Source: an uncultured Desulfobacteraceae bacterium (GTDB taxonomy: Bacteria > Desulfobacterota > Desulfobacteria > Desulfobacterales > SKZT01). From it: a DNA stretch of 64,000 bases. Each line of letters opens with the position of its first letter. Positions within the stretch are counted from its first letter, which is position 1. The notes below the pieces were generated by a model, which searched no databases, was not told the DNA's origin, and was given only the letters and a program-made list of their open reading frames with translations. A program made the position numbers and the translations under genes. Location of the stretch: contig CAYZJH010000001.1 in assembly GCA_964478625.1 (NCBI GenBank), positions 140,588 to 204,587 of the forward strand, in the 5' to 3' direction. Positions 27,317-37,945 of this stretch are shown in pieces.

Positions 27317-28710
27317 GGCAATCTCCGAGATTCAATCAGTTTCACCGCTCCACAAAAATCCTCACCTCTTTCCTTATAGTTTTTGTACATGTCAAAACTG
27401 GCACATCCGGGAACCAAAAGAACCACATCTCCCGGAACTGACACCTCAAAAGCTTTGAATACCGCATCTTTCATTGAAATGGCAAATTCAGTGTTCACAA
27501 TATCCGACACAACGTCCCGGATTTTTTCGGCAGTTTCACCCAGCAAAATCATATGTTTGACGTGCCGGCGTACAGCAGGCCTCAGTCTCTGAAAATCAGT
27601 GTCCTTATCGCTCCCTCCCATAATAACAATCTGAGGCTGTTCAAATGTTTCCATCGCTTTTACAGCAGCATCGGTATTGGTTGCTTTGGAATCATTTATA
27701 AAGTCAACTCCGTTAATGGTAGCAACTTTTTCAAGTCGGTGCGCAAGACCTTGGAAGCTATTAAGTGCCAAATTAATCCCTTCTGGTGTACCACCTGCTG
27801 CCAAAGCGGCCAAAATAGCGGCAGAAGCATTTTCAAGATTATGCACGCCCGCCGGTTTGAATGCGGTAAGATCCGGAGCCCAATCCCCCAGTTTACCCGT
27901 GTGAACCGATATTTTAGGTTTGGACAAGGCAGTCCCTTTCTCGATTACCGCATAATCCTTAGACCTGACCAAAACCTTTTCCTGTTGAGCGAAAAAGACT
28001 TTTTGAGCCTTTATTTGGGATGATATGGTTTCAATAGCAGGGTCGACACCATTTAATACGGCGATGTCCTTAGAAGTTTGATTCTCAAAAATCCGGGCTT
28101 TGGAATCCACATAGGATTTGAAATCGGGATACCGGTCCATGTGGTCATCCGTGATATTCAACAGTACCGCCACATCAGGTCTAAAATGTTCGATGGTGTC
28201 GAGTTGAAAACTGCTCAGTTCAACCACAAGGCAATCTGCTTTTTGATTTGAATCCACATAACCGATTAAAGGATTGCCGATATTTCCGCCCACAAAGACT
28301 TTCTTTCCTGATTTAGCCAGCATTTCTCCCAAAAGAGTTGTTGTCGTGGTCTTGCCATTGGTGCCCGTAACGGCAATAATCGGTTCTGAAATAAACCGGC
28401 AGGCCAATTCGATTTCACCCAGTACCGGGATTCCTCTGTAACGGGCTTCATTAAAATGGGGCAACGTGTGGGGCACTCCAGGGCTTATCACGATTAAATC
28501 GGTATCATAAAAAAGTCTGGGGTTGTGTTCCTCGAGTTTGACCACAGCCCCCATGGTTTTAAGTTTTTCGGCCGCTTTTTTAACCTCTTCTCCGAAACCA
28601 CTGTCCGTAACAGTCACAATGGCTCCTCTATTGATCAAAAAACGAGCAACAGACTGTCCGGTTATTCCAAGTCCGACCACCGTGATGCTTTTTTTTAAAT
28701 CCATGTCCAC
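27313..28710 (-). CDS. murD: UDP-N-acetylmuramoylalanine--D-glutamate ligase
   Basis: 465 aa. VVGLGITGQS, P-loop VTGTNGKTTTT, NDSKATN. Confidence 0.9.
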   Translation of the reverse strand: MDMDLKKSITVVGLGITGQSVARFLINRGAIVTVTDSGFGEEVKKAAEKLKTMGAVVKLEEHNPRLFYDTDLIVISPGVPHTLPHFNEARYRGIPVLGEIELACRFISEPIIAVTGTNGKTTTTTLLGEMLAKSGKKVFVGGNIGNPLIGYVDSNQKADCLVVELSSFQLDTIEHFRPDVAVLLNITDDHMDRYPDFKSYVDSKARIFENQTSKDIAVLNGVDPAIETISSQIKAQKVFFAQQEKVLVRSKDYAVIEKGTALSKPKISVHTGKLGDWAPDLTAFKPAGVHNLENASAAILAALAAGGTPEGINLALNSFQGLAHRLEKVATINGVDFINDSKATNTDAAVKAMETFEQPQIVIMGGSDKDTDFQRLRPAVRRHVKHMILLGETAEKIRDVVSDIVNTEFAISMKDAVFKAFEVSVPGDVVLLVPGCASFDMYKNYKERGEDFCGAVKLIESRRLP

Positions 28711-28724
28711 CGTTTCTGTGATAA

Positions 28725-29804
28725 TTACCTAAGCTTTAATGTACTCAATGAAATCAGGGCCAGTGTTATTGAAATAATCCAGAACCGTACACAAACCTTC
28801 GGCTCCTCCCAGCCTTTGAGTTCGAAATGGTGATGAAGAGGGGCCATTCTAAAAATACGCCTTCCATGAGTCATCTTGAAAAACCCAACCTGAAAAATAA
28901 CCGACAAAGCCTCAATGACAAAAAGACCGCCCACGATCACCAGAAGAATTTCCTGTTTTGTGATCACTGCAACAGCTCCCAGCGCAGCTCCTAAAGAAAG
29001 GGACCCCGTATCACCCATAAACATTTGAGCCGGGTATGAATTAAACCATAGAAAACCCAAACCGGCACCGGCCAGCGTGGCGCAGAAAACAGTGATCTCC
29101 CCGGAGCCTGGGACATATTGGACCTGAAGATATTCAGCAATTTTGATATGGCCAGCCACATAAGCAAACAGCATATATGTGCCCGCCGCCACTATCACGG
29201 GACCAATCGCCAGGCCGTCCAGGCCGTCGGTCAAATTGACCGCATTTGAAGTGCCTACAATCACCAACATGGCAAAAGGGATATAGGCCAGTCCCAGGTC
29301 CGGTTGAATGTTTTTAAAAAACGGTATGGTAACATGTGTGGAAAAGTCTGGAATCATATAGACAAAAACTGCTGTCAGCAATGCCACTAGAATTTGAAAT
29401 GTGAATTTGCTTCGAACACCGAATCCCAGATTACGCTTCTTGACCTGTTTTAAATAATCGTCAATAAAACCGATCACACAAAACCCCAGCGTGCAAAAAA
29501 GAACGATCCACACATACGGATTTGTCAATTGGGTCCATAGAAGCGTGGAAACCATTACGGAAAAAATAACCAAAGAACCACCCATGGTCGGCGTTCCTGC
29601 CTTTTTGTGATGATTTGCCGGACCGTCCTCGCGAATGTATTGACCCACTTGCATTTCCTGGAGTTTTCTAATCACCCATGGTCCTAAAAAAAAACAGATC
29701 AAAAGGGCCGTTAAACCAGCATAGATGGTTCTGAAAGTAATATACCGAAAGACATTAAACGCTGTAAAAGTTGCAGCAAGAGGATAGAAAATATGATAAA
29801 TCAT
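28725..29804 (-). CDS. mraY: Phospho-N-acetylmuramoyl-pentapeptide transferase
   Basis: 359 aa. [41 protein letters not shown]. Confidence 0.95.
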   Translation of the reverse strand: MIYHIFYPLAATFTAFNVFRYITFRTIYAGLTALLICFFLGPWVIRKLQEMQVGQYIREDGPANHHKKAGTPTMGGSLVIFSVMVSTLLWTQLTNPYVWIVLFCTLGFCVIGFIDDYLKQVKKRNLGFGVRSKFTFQILVALLTAVFVYMIPDFSTHVTIPFFKNIQPDLGLAYIPFAMLVIVGTSNAVNLTDGLDGLAIGPVIVAAGTYMLFAYVAGHIKIAEYLQVQYVPGSGEITVFCATLAGAGLGFLWFNSYPAQMFMGDTGSLSLGAALGAVAVITKQEILLVIVGGLFVIEALSVIFQVGFFKMTHGRRIFRMAPLHHHFELKGWEEPKVCVRFWIISITLALISLSTLKLR

Positions 29805-31231
29805 AACCTGCCTTCACTTTGCTTGAGGCCTTTAACAATCTGTTCCATTCCCATTCCTCTGGAACCTTTGATCAGCACCCAGTCACCTGCCTTTAACCAA
29901 TTCTTGAGGTCAGATAGGATTTCTTCTTTCGTGCCCAAAAAGATATCTCGTCTGGACATACCGCCATCCGCCGCTCCTTCAACTATTCTTCCGGCATGGG
30001 ATCCAACGGCATAAACCCTTGAAACTTTTATGTCCGCAGCAATTCTGCCGATTTTTTCATGAAAGACCGCTGCGTGTTCTCCTAATTCAAGCATGTCTCC
30101 GGCAACAAAAACACTTCGCTGATTTTTTCTCAATGACTTTAATGTTTTCAGGGCCACTTCCATGGAACCTGGGTTGGCATTATAAGTGTCGTCAATAATA
30201 TGTATGCCGGTTTGGGTGTGCACGATATTCATTCTCCCATGTTCCGGCTCAAAATCATTTTCCAGAGCCGATTTGATTTCATCTGCATTAAGCCCGATTT
30301 TATATCCTACAGAGGCTGCTGCCAGAGCGTTCAGCACCATGAAGGACCCAGGTATTTTGATGTGTATGGTGATGTTTTCATCAGGCAATTCCAGAGTAAA
30401 TGAAGTACCTGATTTATTTTCCAGAATTTTTGATCCCCTTATGTGTGCATTTTTCGAAGTTCCATAAAATAAAACCTCCCCCGGAGCCCTGCTTGCCATC
30501 GAGGCCACTCGTTTATCATCTGCGTTTAAAACAGCCACCCCAGTTAAAGGCATGTGATCCAGAAGTTCTCCTTTGGCAGAGGCGACTCCGTCTAGAGATC
30601 CAAACCCTTCCAGATGAGCAGGACCCACATTGGTAATGAGTCCAATATCAGGACAACAAATACCTGCCAAGTATGCAATTTCTCCGGGATTATTGGCCCC
30701 TAACTCCAAGACAGCCCAGCGATGACCGGGATTTAAATTTAAAAGGGTTAGCGGAAGACCGATATGGTTATTAAAATTACCAAGACTTGTCAAGGTGTAA
30801 AAACGGCGACTAACTACAGCTGAAGTCATTTTTCGCGTAGTTGTTTTTCCGTTGGAGCCGGTAATCGCCGTGACCAAAATTCCCGATCTTTTACGGTTAT
30901 ATGAAGCCATATCTCCGAGAGCCCTGGTTGTGTTCTCAACCTCGATAAAAACAAGTTTCTGAAATTCTTTATGGCCTGATATCAAAGCCATCGCTTCTGC
31001 TTTCGAAACAACAAAAGCTTTACCACCTTTTTGTACAACATCCTTAATAAAGTTGTGACCATCATGCCTTTCCCCCTTGATTGCCACAAAGATTTCGGTT
31101 TCGGATATCCTTCGAGAGTCAATGGAAACTCCCTCGAATTTTTCATTCCTGTTGCCAACCATAAGAGTTCCACCAGTAGCATCTAAAATTTCAGAAACTG
31201 TCCAAGGTATGGTTGCGGCCATAAGAGTCAC
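29801..31231 (-). CDS. murF: UDP-N-acetylmuramoyl-tripeptide--D-alanyl-D-alanine ligase
   Basis: 476 aa. P-loop [18 protein letters not shown]. Position between murE and mraY supports the call. Confidence 0.9.
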   Translation of the reverse strand: MTLMAATIPWTVSEILDATGGTLMVGNRNEKFEGVSIDSRRISETEIFVAIKGERHDGHNFIKDVVQKGGKAFVVSKAEAMALISGHKEFQKLVFIEVENTTRALGDMASYNRKRSGILVTAITGSNGKTTTRKMTSAVVSRRFYTLTSLGNFNNHIGLPLTLLNLNPGHRWAVLELGANNPGEIAYLAGICCPDIGLITNVGPAHLEGFGSLDGVASAKGELLDHMPLTGVAVLNADDKRVASMASRAPGEVLFYGTSKNAHIRGSKILENKSGTSFTLELPDENITIHIKIPGSFMVLNALAAASVGYKIGLNADEIKSALENDFEPEHGRMNIVHTQTGIHIIDDTYNANPGSMEVALKTLKSLRKNQRSVFVAGDMLELGEHAAVFHEKIGRIAADIKVSRVYAVGSHAGRIVEGAADGGMSRRDIFLGTKEEILSDLKNWLKAGDWVLIKGSRGMGMEQIVKGLKQSEGRL

Positions 31232-31259
31232 ACCATTTCTTTATTGAGGTTATTCAAAA

Positions 31260-32834
31260 TTACAAAGCCAGCGCTATTTTGGCCTCAAGGCGATCATCGA
31301 ACGGGACGGTTTTTTTTCCGATGATTTGATACGATTCGTGTCCTTTACCTGCGATCAGAATGGTGTCTCCGGGAGAAGATGCACGCACGGCGGTCTGTAT
31401 GGCGTGTTTGCGGTCGGAAACAACAATATAACCTTTTTTGACAACTCCATCATGAAGTTCTGATGCAGAGTAAACAGGAATACCAGTTTCACGTACTCCA
31501 ACCAGGATTTCTTCAATAATTTCTAAAGGAGGTTCAGAACGGGGATTATCCGATGTAATAATGGACAAATCAGACAATTCCGCTGAAATTTTTCCCATCA
31601 GAGGTCTTTTTTCACGGTCACGGTCTCCTCCGCAACCAAAAACACATATGAGCCTGTTGGGAGTTAAAGATTTTAACGTTTTAAGGACATTTTCAAGAGC
31701 ATCCGGCGTATGGGCATAATCCACATAAACGAACCTGCCTAAATCATTGGGTACTCTTTCCAGCCTGCCGGGTACATTTTTTAAATTTTCCAATCCCCTT
31801 TTTATCAAATCTCTTGACAAATTCAAAGCAACCCCGACGCCTGTCGCGGATAAAATATTTTCCAGATTATACTCACCCACCAAAGAGGACCGGATCTGTA
31901 ACCCCCCATAAGGAGTTGATAAATCGCAGTGGATTCCATCCAAACCCAATTCCGTTTTTTCCGGATAAATCATATTCATGGGGGATTTACCAACGGAGAT
32001 GCCGCTGACCGGAAATTCCTTTAATAATAACTTTCCTCTTTCATCATCACAATTAATAACCGCCTTAGCCTTATCTTTTTTGGGACCGGAAACCAAATAA
32101 TCAGTAAATAGCCGTTTTTTACAAGCCCAGTATTCATCCATTGAACCATGGTAATCCAGGTGATCCTGGGTGAGGTTTGTAAAGACTGCAACATCTATCC
32201 AGCAATTTTCGATTCGGCCGAGATCGATGGCATGGGATGACACCTCCATGACTACATGAGTAACTCCTTCTGATTTCATCTCATAGAGTGTCCTCTGCAA
32301 ATCTAGAGACTCAGGAGTGGTTACCGGATTGGTGAATACTTTTTTGGCGAACCGACAGTTTATGGTTCCGATTACACCAGTCTTCAACCCGGCCATGTTA
32401 AGAATACTTTCAACAAGATAAGAGGTGGTAGTTTTGCCGTTGGTACCGGTAATTCCAATGATCAGAAGCTGTTCCGACGGGTTTCCATAAAAACGGGAGG
32501 ATAAATGCGCCAGGGCTGTTCTCGAATTCTCTACAATAAGATTAACGGCTTTTTTCGTATGTATAGGTCTTTGGGATACAATTACCGAAGCACCTTTTTC
32601 TATCGCCAGATCGATAAAATCGTGGCCATCGGCTTTCAATCCTTTTACAGCTACAAAAACCCCTCCGCAGGTAACGTCCTGAGCTCGATAATGAACAGAT
32701 GAAATCTCCATATCTGCTATGAATTTTTGGTGTGGAGAACTTGTGATATTTTGTTGAGGAAAGAATTTTAAATTGAGTTCAGGTTCTGAAATGTTTAAAA
32801 TGGAAAGCCCTTGAATGAGCGCGCCAAGTTTCAT
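31260..32834 (-). CDS. murE: UDP-N-acetylmuramoyl-L-alanyl-D-glutamate--2,6-diaminopimelate ligase
   Basis: 524 aa. GITGTNGKTTT, VDYAHTPDAL, and the DAP-specificity-type DNPR motif (TSDNPRSE). Confidence 0.9.
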   Translation of the reverse strand: MKLGALIQGLSILNISEPELNLKFFPQQNITSSPHQKFIADMEISSVHYRAQDVTCGGVFVAVKGLKADGHDFIDLAIEKGASVIVSQRPIHTKKAVNLIVENSRTALAHLSSRFYGNPSEQLLIIGITGTNGKTTTSYLVESILNMAGLKTGVIGTINCRFAKKVFTNPVTTPESLDLQRTLYEMKSEGVTHVVMEVSSHAIDLGRIENCWIDVAVFTNLTQDHLDYHGSMDEYWACKKRLFTDYLVSGPKKDKAKAVINCDDERGKLLLKEFPVSGISVGKSPMNMIYPEKTELGLDGIHCDLSTPYGGLQIRSSLVGEYNLENILSATGVGVALNLSRDLIKRGLENLKNVPGRLERVPNDLGRFVYVDYAHTPDALENVLKTLKSLTPNRLICVFGCGGDRDREKRPLMGKISAELSDLSIITSDNPRSEPPLEIIEEILVGVRETGIPVYSASELHDGVVKKGYIVVSDRKHAIQTAVRASSPGDTILIAGKGHESYQIIGKKTVPFDDRLEAKIALAL

Positions 32835-34567
32835 CCCTTAACTTCTCCCTGCCTGTCAGCGGTCAAATGCTCCGGTTTGCTATCAGGGGGTATATTCATA
32901 TAATTTAAAGTCTGAAGAGCAATTTTTTTGAATACAGGGGCAGCAACAATCCCACCGTAATGGGCTTTTTGGGGTTCATCGATCATCACCAGTATGGTTG
33001 CCGCTGGATTATTCGCAGGAACAAATCCCACAAAAGAAGCCACATATTTACCTCTAGCATATGTGCCGTTTTCATCGATTTTTTGTGCAGTGCCGGTTTT
33101 TCCGGCAACTTTAAATCCTTCAAGTGCAGCCCGTGTACCGGTGCCTCCTTCTTCGGTAACTTTCACCATCATTTTTGCAATGGCCTCCGCAGTTTCCGGA
33201 GATACGGCCCTGCGAACAGGAATCGGTTCAAATTTTTGGATCGGATCACCATTTTTGTCCGTAATCGATTGAACTACATAAGGTTTCATTAAAATCCCTT
33301 CATTGGCAATAGCGCTGACGGCCCTTGCCAGTTGGATTGCAGAAACGGATATGCCCTGTCCAAATGCAATGGCAGCATTGTCAATCTTTGTCCAACGCTG
33401 ATAGGGTGAAAGCATTCCGGGTGTTTCGCCCGGACAATCGATTCCGGTTTTCTCACCAAATCCGAAATTTCGCAAAGTATCATAAAGATTCTTGGTACCG
33501 ATATTTTCGCTCAATTTAACCGTCCCAATATTACTTGAAACCTGTATGATTTGCTCTAATGAGAGATATTTATATGGACGTGTATCATGTATCACATTTC
33601 TACCGATCCGATAAGCCCCGTTTTCACAATAGAATATGGAATGAGGTCCTGAAACTCCCGATTCAAGGGCGGCTGCAGCACTGAAAATTTTCAGGGTCGA
33701 TCCTGGTTCATAAGGATCCGTTATGGCACGATTTCTCCATTTATCCTTGGCAAACAGATTGTAATTATTCGGATTGATCGATGGATAATGTGCCATAGCC
33801 AGGACAGCGCCTGTCTTGGGTGACATCACCACAGCGATGCCGTTTTTTGCTCCATTTTGAACCACTGCCTCCGCAAGAGCGGTCTCAGCGATGTATTGTA
33901 TTCTTCGATCAATGGTAAGAACAAGATTTTTACCACTTCTATCGGTTTCTTCATCAATTTCCAAACCCAGTCTGCGGCCCAATGCATCCCGGATTACCCT
34001 GAATTGGGCCTGTTGACCCTCCAGAACATGATCATAAAAAAATTCAACGCCTTCAAGCCCGCGACCATCCACGCCAGAAAAACCGACAATCTGTGCGGCC
34101 ATTGACTTATACGGATAAAAACGGCTTCGCTCGGATTTAAAAACGATACCCTCTAAATTCAAGGCTTGAACCATCTCAACCTTTTTGGGCGTAACATGTC
34201 TTTCAATCCAAACAAAAGGTGTATTTGAAGCCAATTTGTTAGCCAGGTCACTTCGGTTCATCCCTAAAGCTTTTGCCAAATCCCTGGCTGTGGCGGCTAC
34301 ATCTTTAATTTGTTTGGGATGAGCTCCAATTGAAGTCACATCAATGCTCAGGGCCATCTTTCCCATGTTGGCATCAAAAATGATTCCTCGTTCTCCCAAG
34401 GCTTTCACCGGTCGCTTGACCTGGCCATCGGCTTTCTGCGATAACCATGGTCCTTTAAAAAGATGTAAATCCACGGCTCTCGCAACAATCGCCGAAAAAC
34501 AGATACCAAATGCAATTCCTACCAGAAGGACTCGTATTTTTATTCTATTGGGCTCTTTTGCTATCAT
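32831..34567 (-). CDS. ftsI: Class B penicillin-binding protein / peptidoglycan D,D-transpeptidase FtsI
   Basis: 578 aa. N-terminal TM helix, then SxxK (GSTLKIF), SxN (VSSNIG) and KTG (GKTGTAQ). Confidence 0.9.
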   Translation of the reverse strand: MIAKEPNRIKIRVLLVGIAFGICFSAIVARAVDLHLFKGPWLSQKADGQVKRPVKALGERGIIFDANMGKMALSIDVTSIGAHPKQIKDVAATARDLAKALGMNRSDLANKLASNTPFVWIERHVTPKKVEMVQALNLEGIVFKSERSRFYPYKSMAAQIVGFSGVDGRGLEGVEFFYDHVLEGQQAQFRVIRDALGRRLGLEIDEETDRSGKNLVLTIDRRIQYIAETALAEAVVQNGAKNGIAVVMSPKTGAVLAMAHYPSINPNNYNLFAKDKWRNRAITDPYEPGSTLKIFSAAAALESGVSGPHSIFYCENGAYRIGRNVIHDTRPYKYLSLEQIIQVSSNIGTVKLSENIGTKNLYDTLRNFGFGEKTGIDCPGETPGMLSPYQRWTKIDNAAIAFGQGISVSAIQLARAVSAIANEGILMKPYVVQSITDKNGDPIQKFEPIPVRRAVSPETAEAIAKMMVKVTEEGGTGTRAALEGFKVAGKTGTAQKIDENGTYARGKYVASFVGFVPANNPAATILVMIDEPQKAHYGGIVAAPVFKKIALQTLNYMNIPPDSKPEHLTADRQGEVKG

Positions 34568-34857
34568 TGCAGCACGATGACCTGTTCAGAGTTTGGGGGT
34601 TGAAGGCCTATTTTATCCCGAGCGATTTTGGCAATCCTTTCGGGGGATTTCAGACGTTCCGTTTCGATTTTCAGCCGGCTTTGAAGCATCAGCAGCTCTT
34701 TTTGCTGATCGAGTTCATGGCTGATTTTGTATCCAGTGCTAATGCACTGCACCCTGCACCATGTGTAAAAGAATAGTTCCATGATAAACAAAAATAGAAG
34801 CACCATGGAAAGTCCCGTACGCATTCTGAATTTTTTGTTTGTTGGCTCCTTTTTCAT
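34564..34857 (-). CDS. ftsL: Cell division protein FtsL-like, a small bitopic protein
   Basis: 97 aa with one TM helix followed by a coiled-coil-like segment. Canonical position between rsmH and ftsI. The sequence itself is not diagnostic. Confidence 0.6.
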   Translation of the reverse strand: MKKEPTNKKFRMRTGLSMVLLFLFIMELFFYTWCRVQCISTGYKISHELDQQKELLMLQSRLKIETERLKSPERIAKIARDKIGLQPPNSEQVIVLQ

Positions 34858-34900
34858 AACGGACTATCTTTCCATTTCCGAAACAATCAAAAATACAGGA

Positions 34901-35842
34901 TCAAAGTTTCTCTGCAGCTCTCAAACGAGTGCTTCTAGCCATCGGATTTGATGCAATCTCCTGCTCAGTCGGTCGAACCGGCTTTTTAGTTAACAAACTC
35001 ATTTTTTTTTCAAAACCGCAAATACAATAGGGAAAAGTGGGCGGGCAGCTACACCCATCCTCATACGACTTCATCTTCTGCTTTACGATCCGATCCTCAA
35101 GAGAATGAAACGATAAAATGCACAATCTTCCTTTCGGGTTTAAGATATCCGCTGACATGTCCAAGAACGAATCCAATCTTTCGAGTTCGCGATTTACAAC
35201 AATTCTCAGGGCCATAAACACTCGTGTTGCAGGGTGTATCCTTTGCGGCTTGGAAATAAACTTTTTAGGAATTGATTCCATTATGATTTTCACAAGTTCG
35301 AAACTGGTTTTAATCTCTCCGACTTTTCTGGCCTTAACGATATTTGAAGCTATCCGTCTCGACCATCTTTCCTCCCCGTATTTTGAAAAAATCATAGCCA
35401 GCTCTTGTTCACTTGAATCGTTGACAATATCTTTTGCAGTTAAAACCGAGGTTCCATCCATTCGCATATCCAACGGCTCATCTTTCTGAAAAGTAAAACC
35501 CCGGCCACTTTGAGCTAGTTGATGAAATGAAATTCCCAAATCAGCAAAGATGCCATCCACTTTATGGATATTAAGCTGAGCAAGAGCAGACTTGATATTG
35601 ATAAAATTATCATGAAATAGAGCAATCTGTGGTGCATAGGCGTTTAAAACCTTTTTCGCATTGTCAATGGAATCCTTATCCTGATCAATACCTACCAAAA
35701 AACCGCCCGGCATCATCCTTTCAATAATGGCTCTGCTGTGTCCCGCTCCCCCTAGTGTACAATCCACATATGTTTTTCCGGGTCTGACATTCAGATATTG
35801 AACCACCTCACGCACCATTACCGGGATATGCTGGTATGCCAT
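34901..35842 (-). CDS. rsmH: 16S rRNA (cytosine1402-N4)-methyltransferase
   Basis: 313 aa. HIPVM, DCTLGGAGHS, DLGISFHQL, SFHSLEDRIVK. Confidence 0.95.
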   Translation of the reverse strand: MAYQHIPVMVREVVQYLNVRPGKTYVDCTLGGAGHSRAIIERMMPGGFLVGIDQDKDSIDNAKKVLNAYAPQIALFHDNFINIKSALAQLNIHKVDGIFADLGISFHQLAQSGRGFTFQKDEPLDMRMDGTSVLTAKDIVNDSSEQELAMIFSKYGEERWSRRIASNIVKARKVGEIKTSFELVKIIMESIPKKFISKPQRIHPATRVFMALRIVVNRELERLDSFLDMSADILNPKGRLCILSFHSLEDRIVKQKMKSYEDGCSCPPTFPYCICGFEKKMSLLTKKPVRPTEQEIASNPMARSTRLRAAEKL

Positions 35843-35848
35843 CAGGCA

Positions 35849-36295
35849 TCAAAGTCCGAGTTTTGCGATCTCGTTTCTGACATTTTCCTCCTGCATGTCT
35901 TTATCGAGATCGAGGTTTTCCTTTTCCCAGTTTTCACGAGACCATATTTCGAAATGATCCAAGACACCAACAATCACTATTTCTTTTTCAAGATTGGCAT
36001 ATTGCCTTAAAGCAGGGGGGATTAGGATACGATCCTGTTTATCTCCGATACATTCATGGGCGCCGCCGATAAAAACTCTCCGGAATCGCCGCATGCTCTG
36101 ACTCTTTTCCGCAAGAGATAGAATTCTTTTTTCAATCTTACCCCATTCATCAAGGGTGTAGCCTACGAGACAATTATCCATACGCGAAATCATCACTCCG
36201 TTTTGACCACTAGTTTTGATTTGGTCTCGGAACCTTGCCGGAATAATGATTCGTCCCTTGTCATCAATGGTATGAAAGGAGCTACCCCTAAACAT
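35849..36295 (-). CDS. mraZ: Transcriptional regulator MraZ
   Basis: 148 aa with two SpoVT/AbrB-like repeats carrying DxxxR motifs (DDKGRIIIPARFR and DKQDRILIPPALR). First gene of the dcw cluster. Confidence 0.9.
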   Translation of the reverse strand: MFRGSSFHTIDDKGRIIIPARFRDQIKTSGQNGVMISRMDNCLVGYTLDEWGKIEKRILSLAEKSQSMRRFRRVFIGGAHECIGDKQDRILIPPALRQYANLEKEIVIVGVLDHFEIWSRENWEKENLDLDKDMQEENVRNEIAKLGL

Positions 36296-36570
36296 CCATT
36301 ATCCTCCACTTTACCCCACCTTTTGTGCAATAATCTATCATTCACCTCTTTATGTCAAGAAAAATTAATTTTTTTATCAAAAAATTTTCAATAAATCACA
36401 AATGTTAAGTTAAATGTAACATCGTGTCATCAAGTGGAGTCTATCTTTCCAAAATTCCTTCCTATCTCCATGGATATAAAATCAATTAATAAAGACTTGA
36501 ACATGCAACTAGGGTGTTGTAATTAGTTTTTTTGCTGATTTTAATCTCACAAAAACATCAAGGAGGTTTC

Positions 36571-37887
36571 ATGAAATATATCATCATCGGAAATGGCATC
36601 GCCGGAATTCAGGCAGCTGAAACCATACGCCGGATGGATAGCGAGAGCAGCATTACGATAATCGGAGATGAAACCTACTCGCCTTACTGTCGTCCCATGA
36701 TAAGCCTTGTTCTAGAAGGTATTATTCCTCCTGAAAAACTGGCGATACGAAGTGAGGATTTTTATGAAAAACTTCGTATTGAACCCGTGTTGGGACGTCG
36801 CGTTACGGATATCGATGTTGCCCAAAAAAAAGTGATCATTGATGAAACCACAAAGGGGGGAAGCAAAGCCACTTTTCCTTTTGATAAACTCCTGATAGCT
36901 TCCGGAGCAGATGCTCGTCCAATAAAGGCTCAAGGACGTAATCTGAAAAATATTTTTTACATGCGGGGTCAAAAGGATGTACTGACAATGATGGAGGCTT
37001 TGGTTACAGCCAAAACTGCCTTGGTTTTAGGCGGTGGCCTCGTGGGATTCAAAGCCGCTTATGGCCTGATGAAACGTGGGCTTAAGGTCACCATGCTCAT
37101 TAAATCCGAATATCCCTTATCCATGCAGGTAGATGAAGCCGCCGGTAATTTGATTTTAAACGAACTGGTTAAACATGGTCTTAAGGTTCGTGTGGGCGTG
37201 GATGTCAGTTTCTTTGAAGGCGACCGCCAGGTTGCCGGGGCCTGTCTTTCAGATGGTTCCACGGTTCAATGTGACCTGGTGGTCATCGGAAAGGGCGTTT
37301 TACCCTCTTTGTCGTTTGTACCACAGGACCAAATCAAAGTGGATCTTGGAATCATGGTGGATGAACACCTCGAGACCAGTTCACCGGGAATCTATGCTGC
37401 GGGTGATGTAGCCGAGTACGTGGATATCGCAAGAAAAACGCGATGGGTCAACGCAATCTGGCCTGAGGCTGTCAATCAGGGAAGACTTGCTGGAATGAAC
37501 ATGGCTGGTCGACCCGTGGCATACAAAGGGAGTTTGAGCAGAAATGTGATTCGCATCTTTGACCTGGACGTAATGACTTGCGGTATAGTCAACCCTCCTA
37601 TGTCTCCCGATTATGAAATGATCAGTCAAGTTAATCCTCATAAAAAGCTGATCAGGTGTTTATCCGGGGTCAGCGAGAATGATTATGAAGTCATCAGTCA
37701 AATACACCCCCGCAAGAGCCTTTACCGGAAACTGGTTTTTAAACACGATATTCTGGTGGGCATGGTGTTGATCAATCAAATCGATCAGGGAGGACTTTTT
37801 GCATCGCTAATCCAAAATGAAACTCCCATTCGCATAGCCAAATCGGCCATGTTGAATCCAGGTTTTAATTATAAACAACTACTTTAA
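36571..37887 (+). CDS. FAD/NAD(P)-dependent pyridine nucleotide-disulfide-family oxidoreductase associated with CODH
   Basis: ATG at 36571 preceded by AAGGAGG. FAD fold IIIGNGIAGIQAAE, NAD fold ALVLGGGLVGFKAA, AAGDVAE. Directly upstream of cooF-cooS. Confidence 0.8.
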   Translation: MKYIIIGNGIAGIQAAETIRRMDSESSITIIGDETYSPYCRPMISLVLEGIIPPEKLAIRSEDFYEKLRIEPVLGRRVTDIDVAQKKVIIDETTKGGSKATFPFDKLLIASGADARPIKAQGRNLKNIFYMRGQKDVLTMMEALVTAKTALVLGGGLVGFKAAYGLMKRGLKVTMLIKSEYPLSMQVDEAAGNLILNELVKHGLKVRVGVDVSFFEGDRQVAGACLSDGSTVQCDLVVIGKGVLPSLSFVPQDQIKVDLGIMVDEHLETSSPGIYAAGDVAEYVDIARKTRWVNAIWPEAVNQGRLAGMNMAGRPVAYKGSLSRNVIRIFDLDVMTCGIVNPPMSPDYEMISQVNPHKKLIRCLSGVSENDYEVISQIHPRKSLYRKLVFKHDILVGMVLINQIDQGGLFASLIQNETPIRIAKSAMLNPGFNYKQLL

Positions 37888-37945
37888 ATCTATTCCTGAT
37901 TGCCAGGCTGAAACTATAACCCAAAAACGAATGAAGGAGGCCTTT

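Noticed and set aside
36296-36335. Search for MraZ-box direct repeats upstream of mraZ (GTGGGG ... GTGGAG on the minus strand).
   Set aside because: Only two hexamers are present. The second overlaps the Shine-Dalgarno sequence, and the spacing and number do not match the triple-repeat arrangement described for E. coli.
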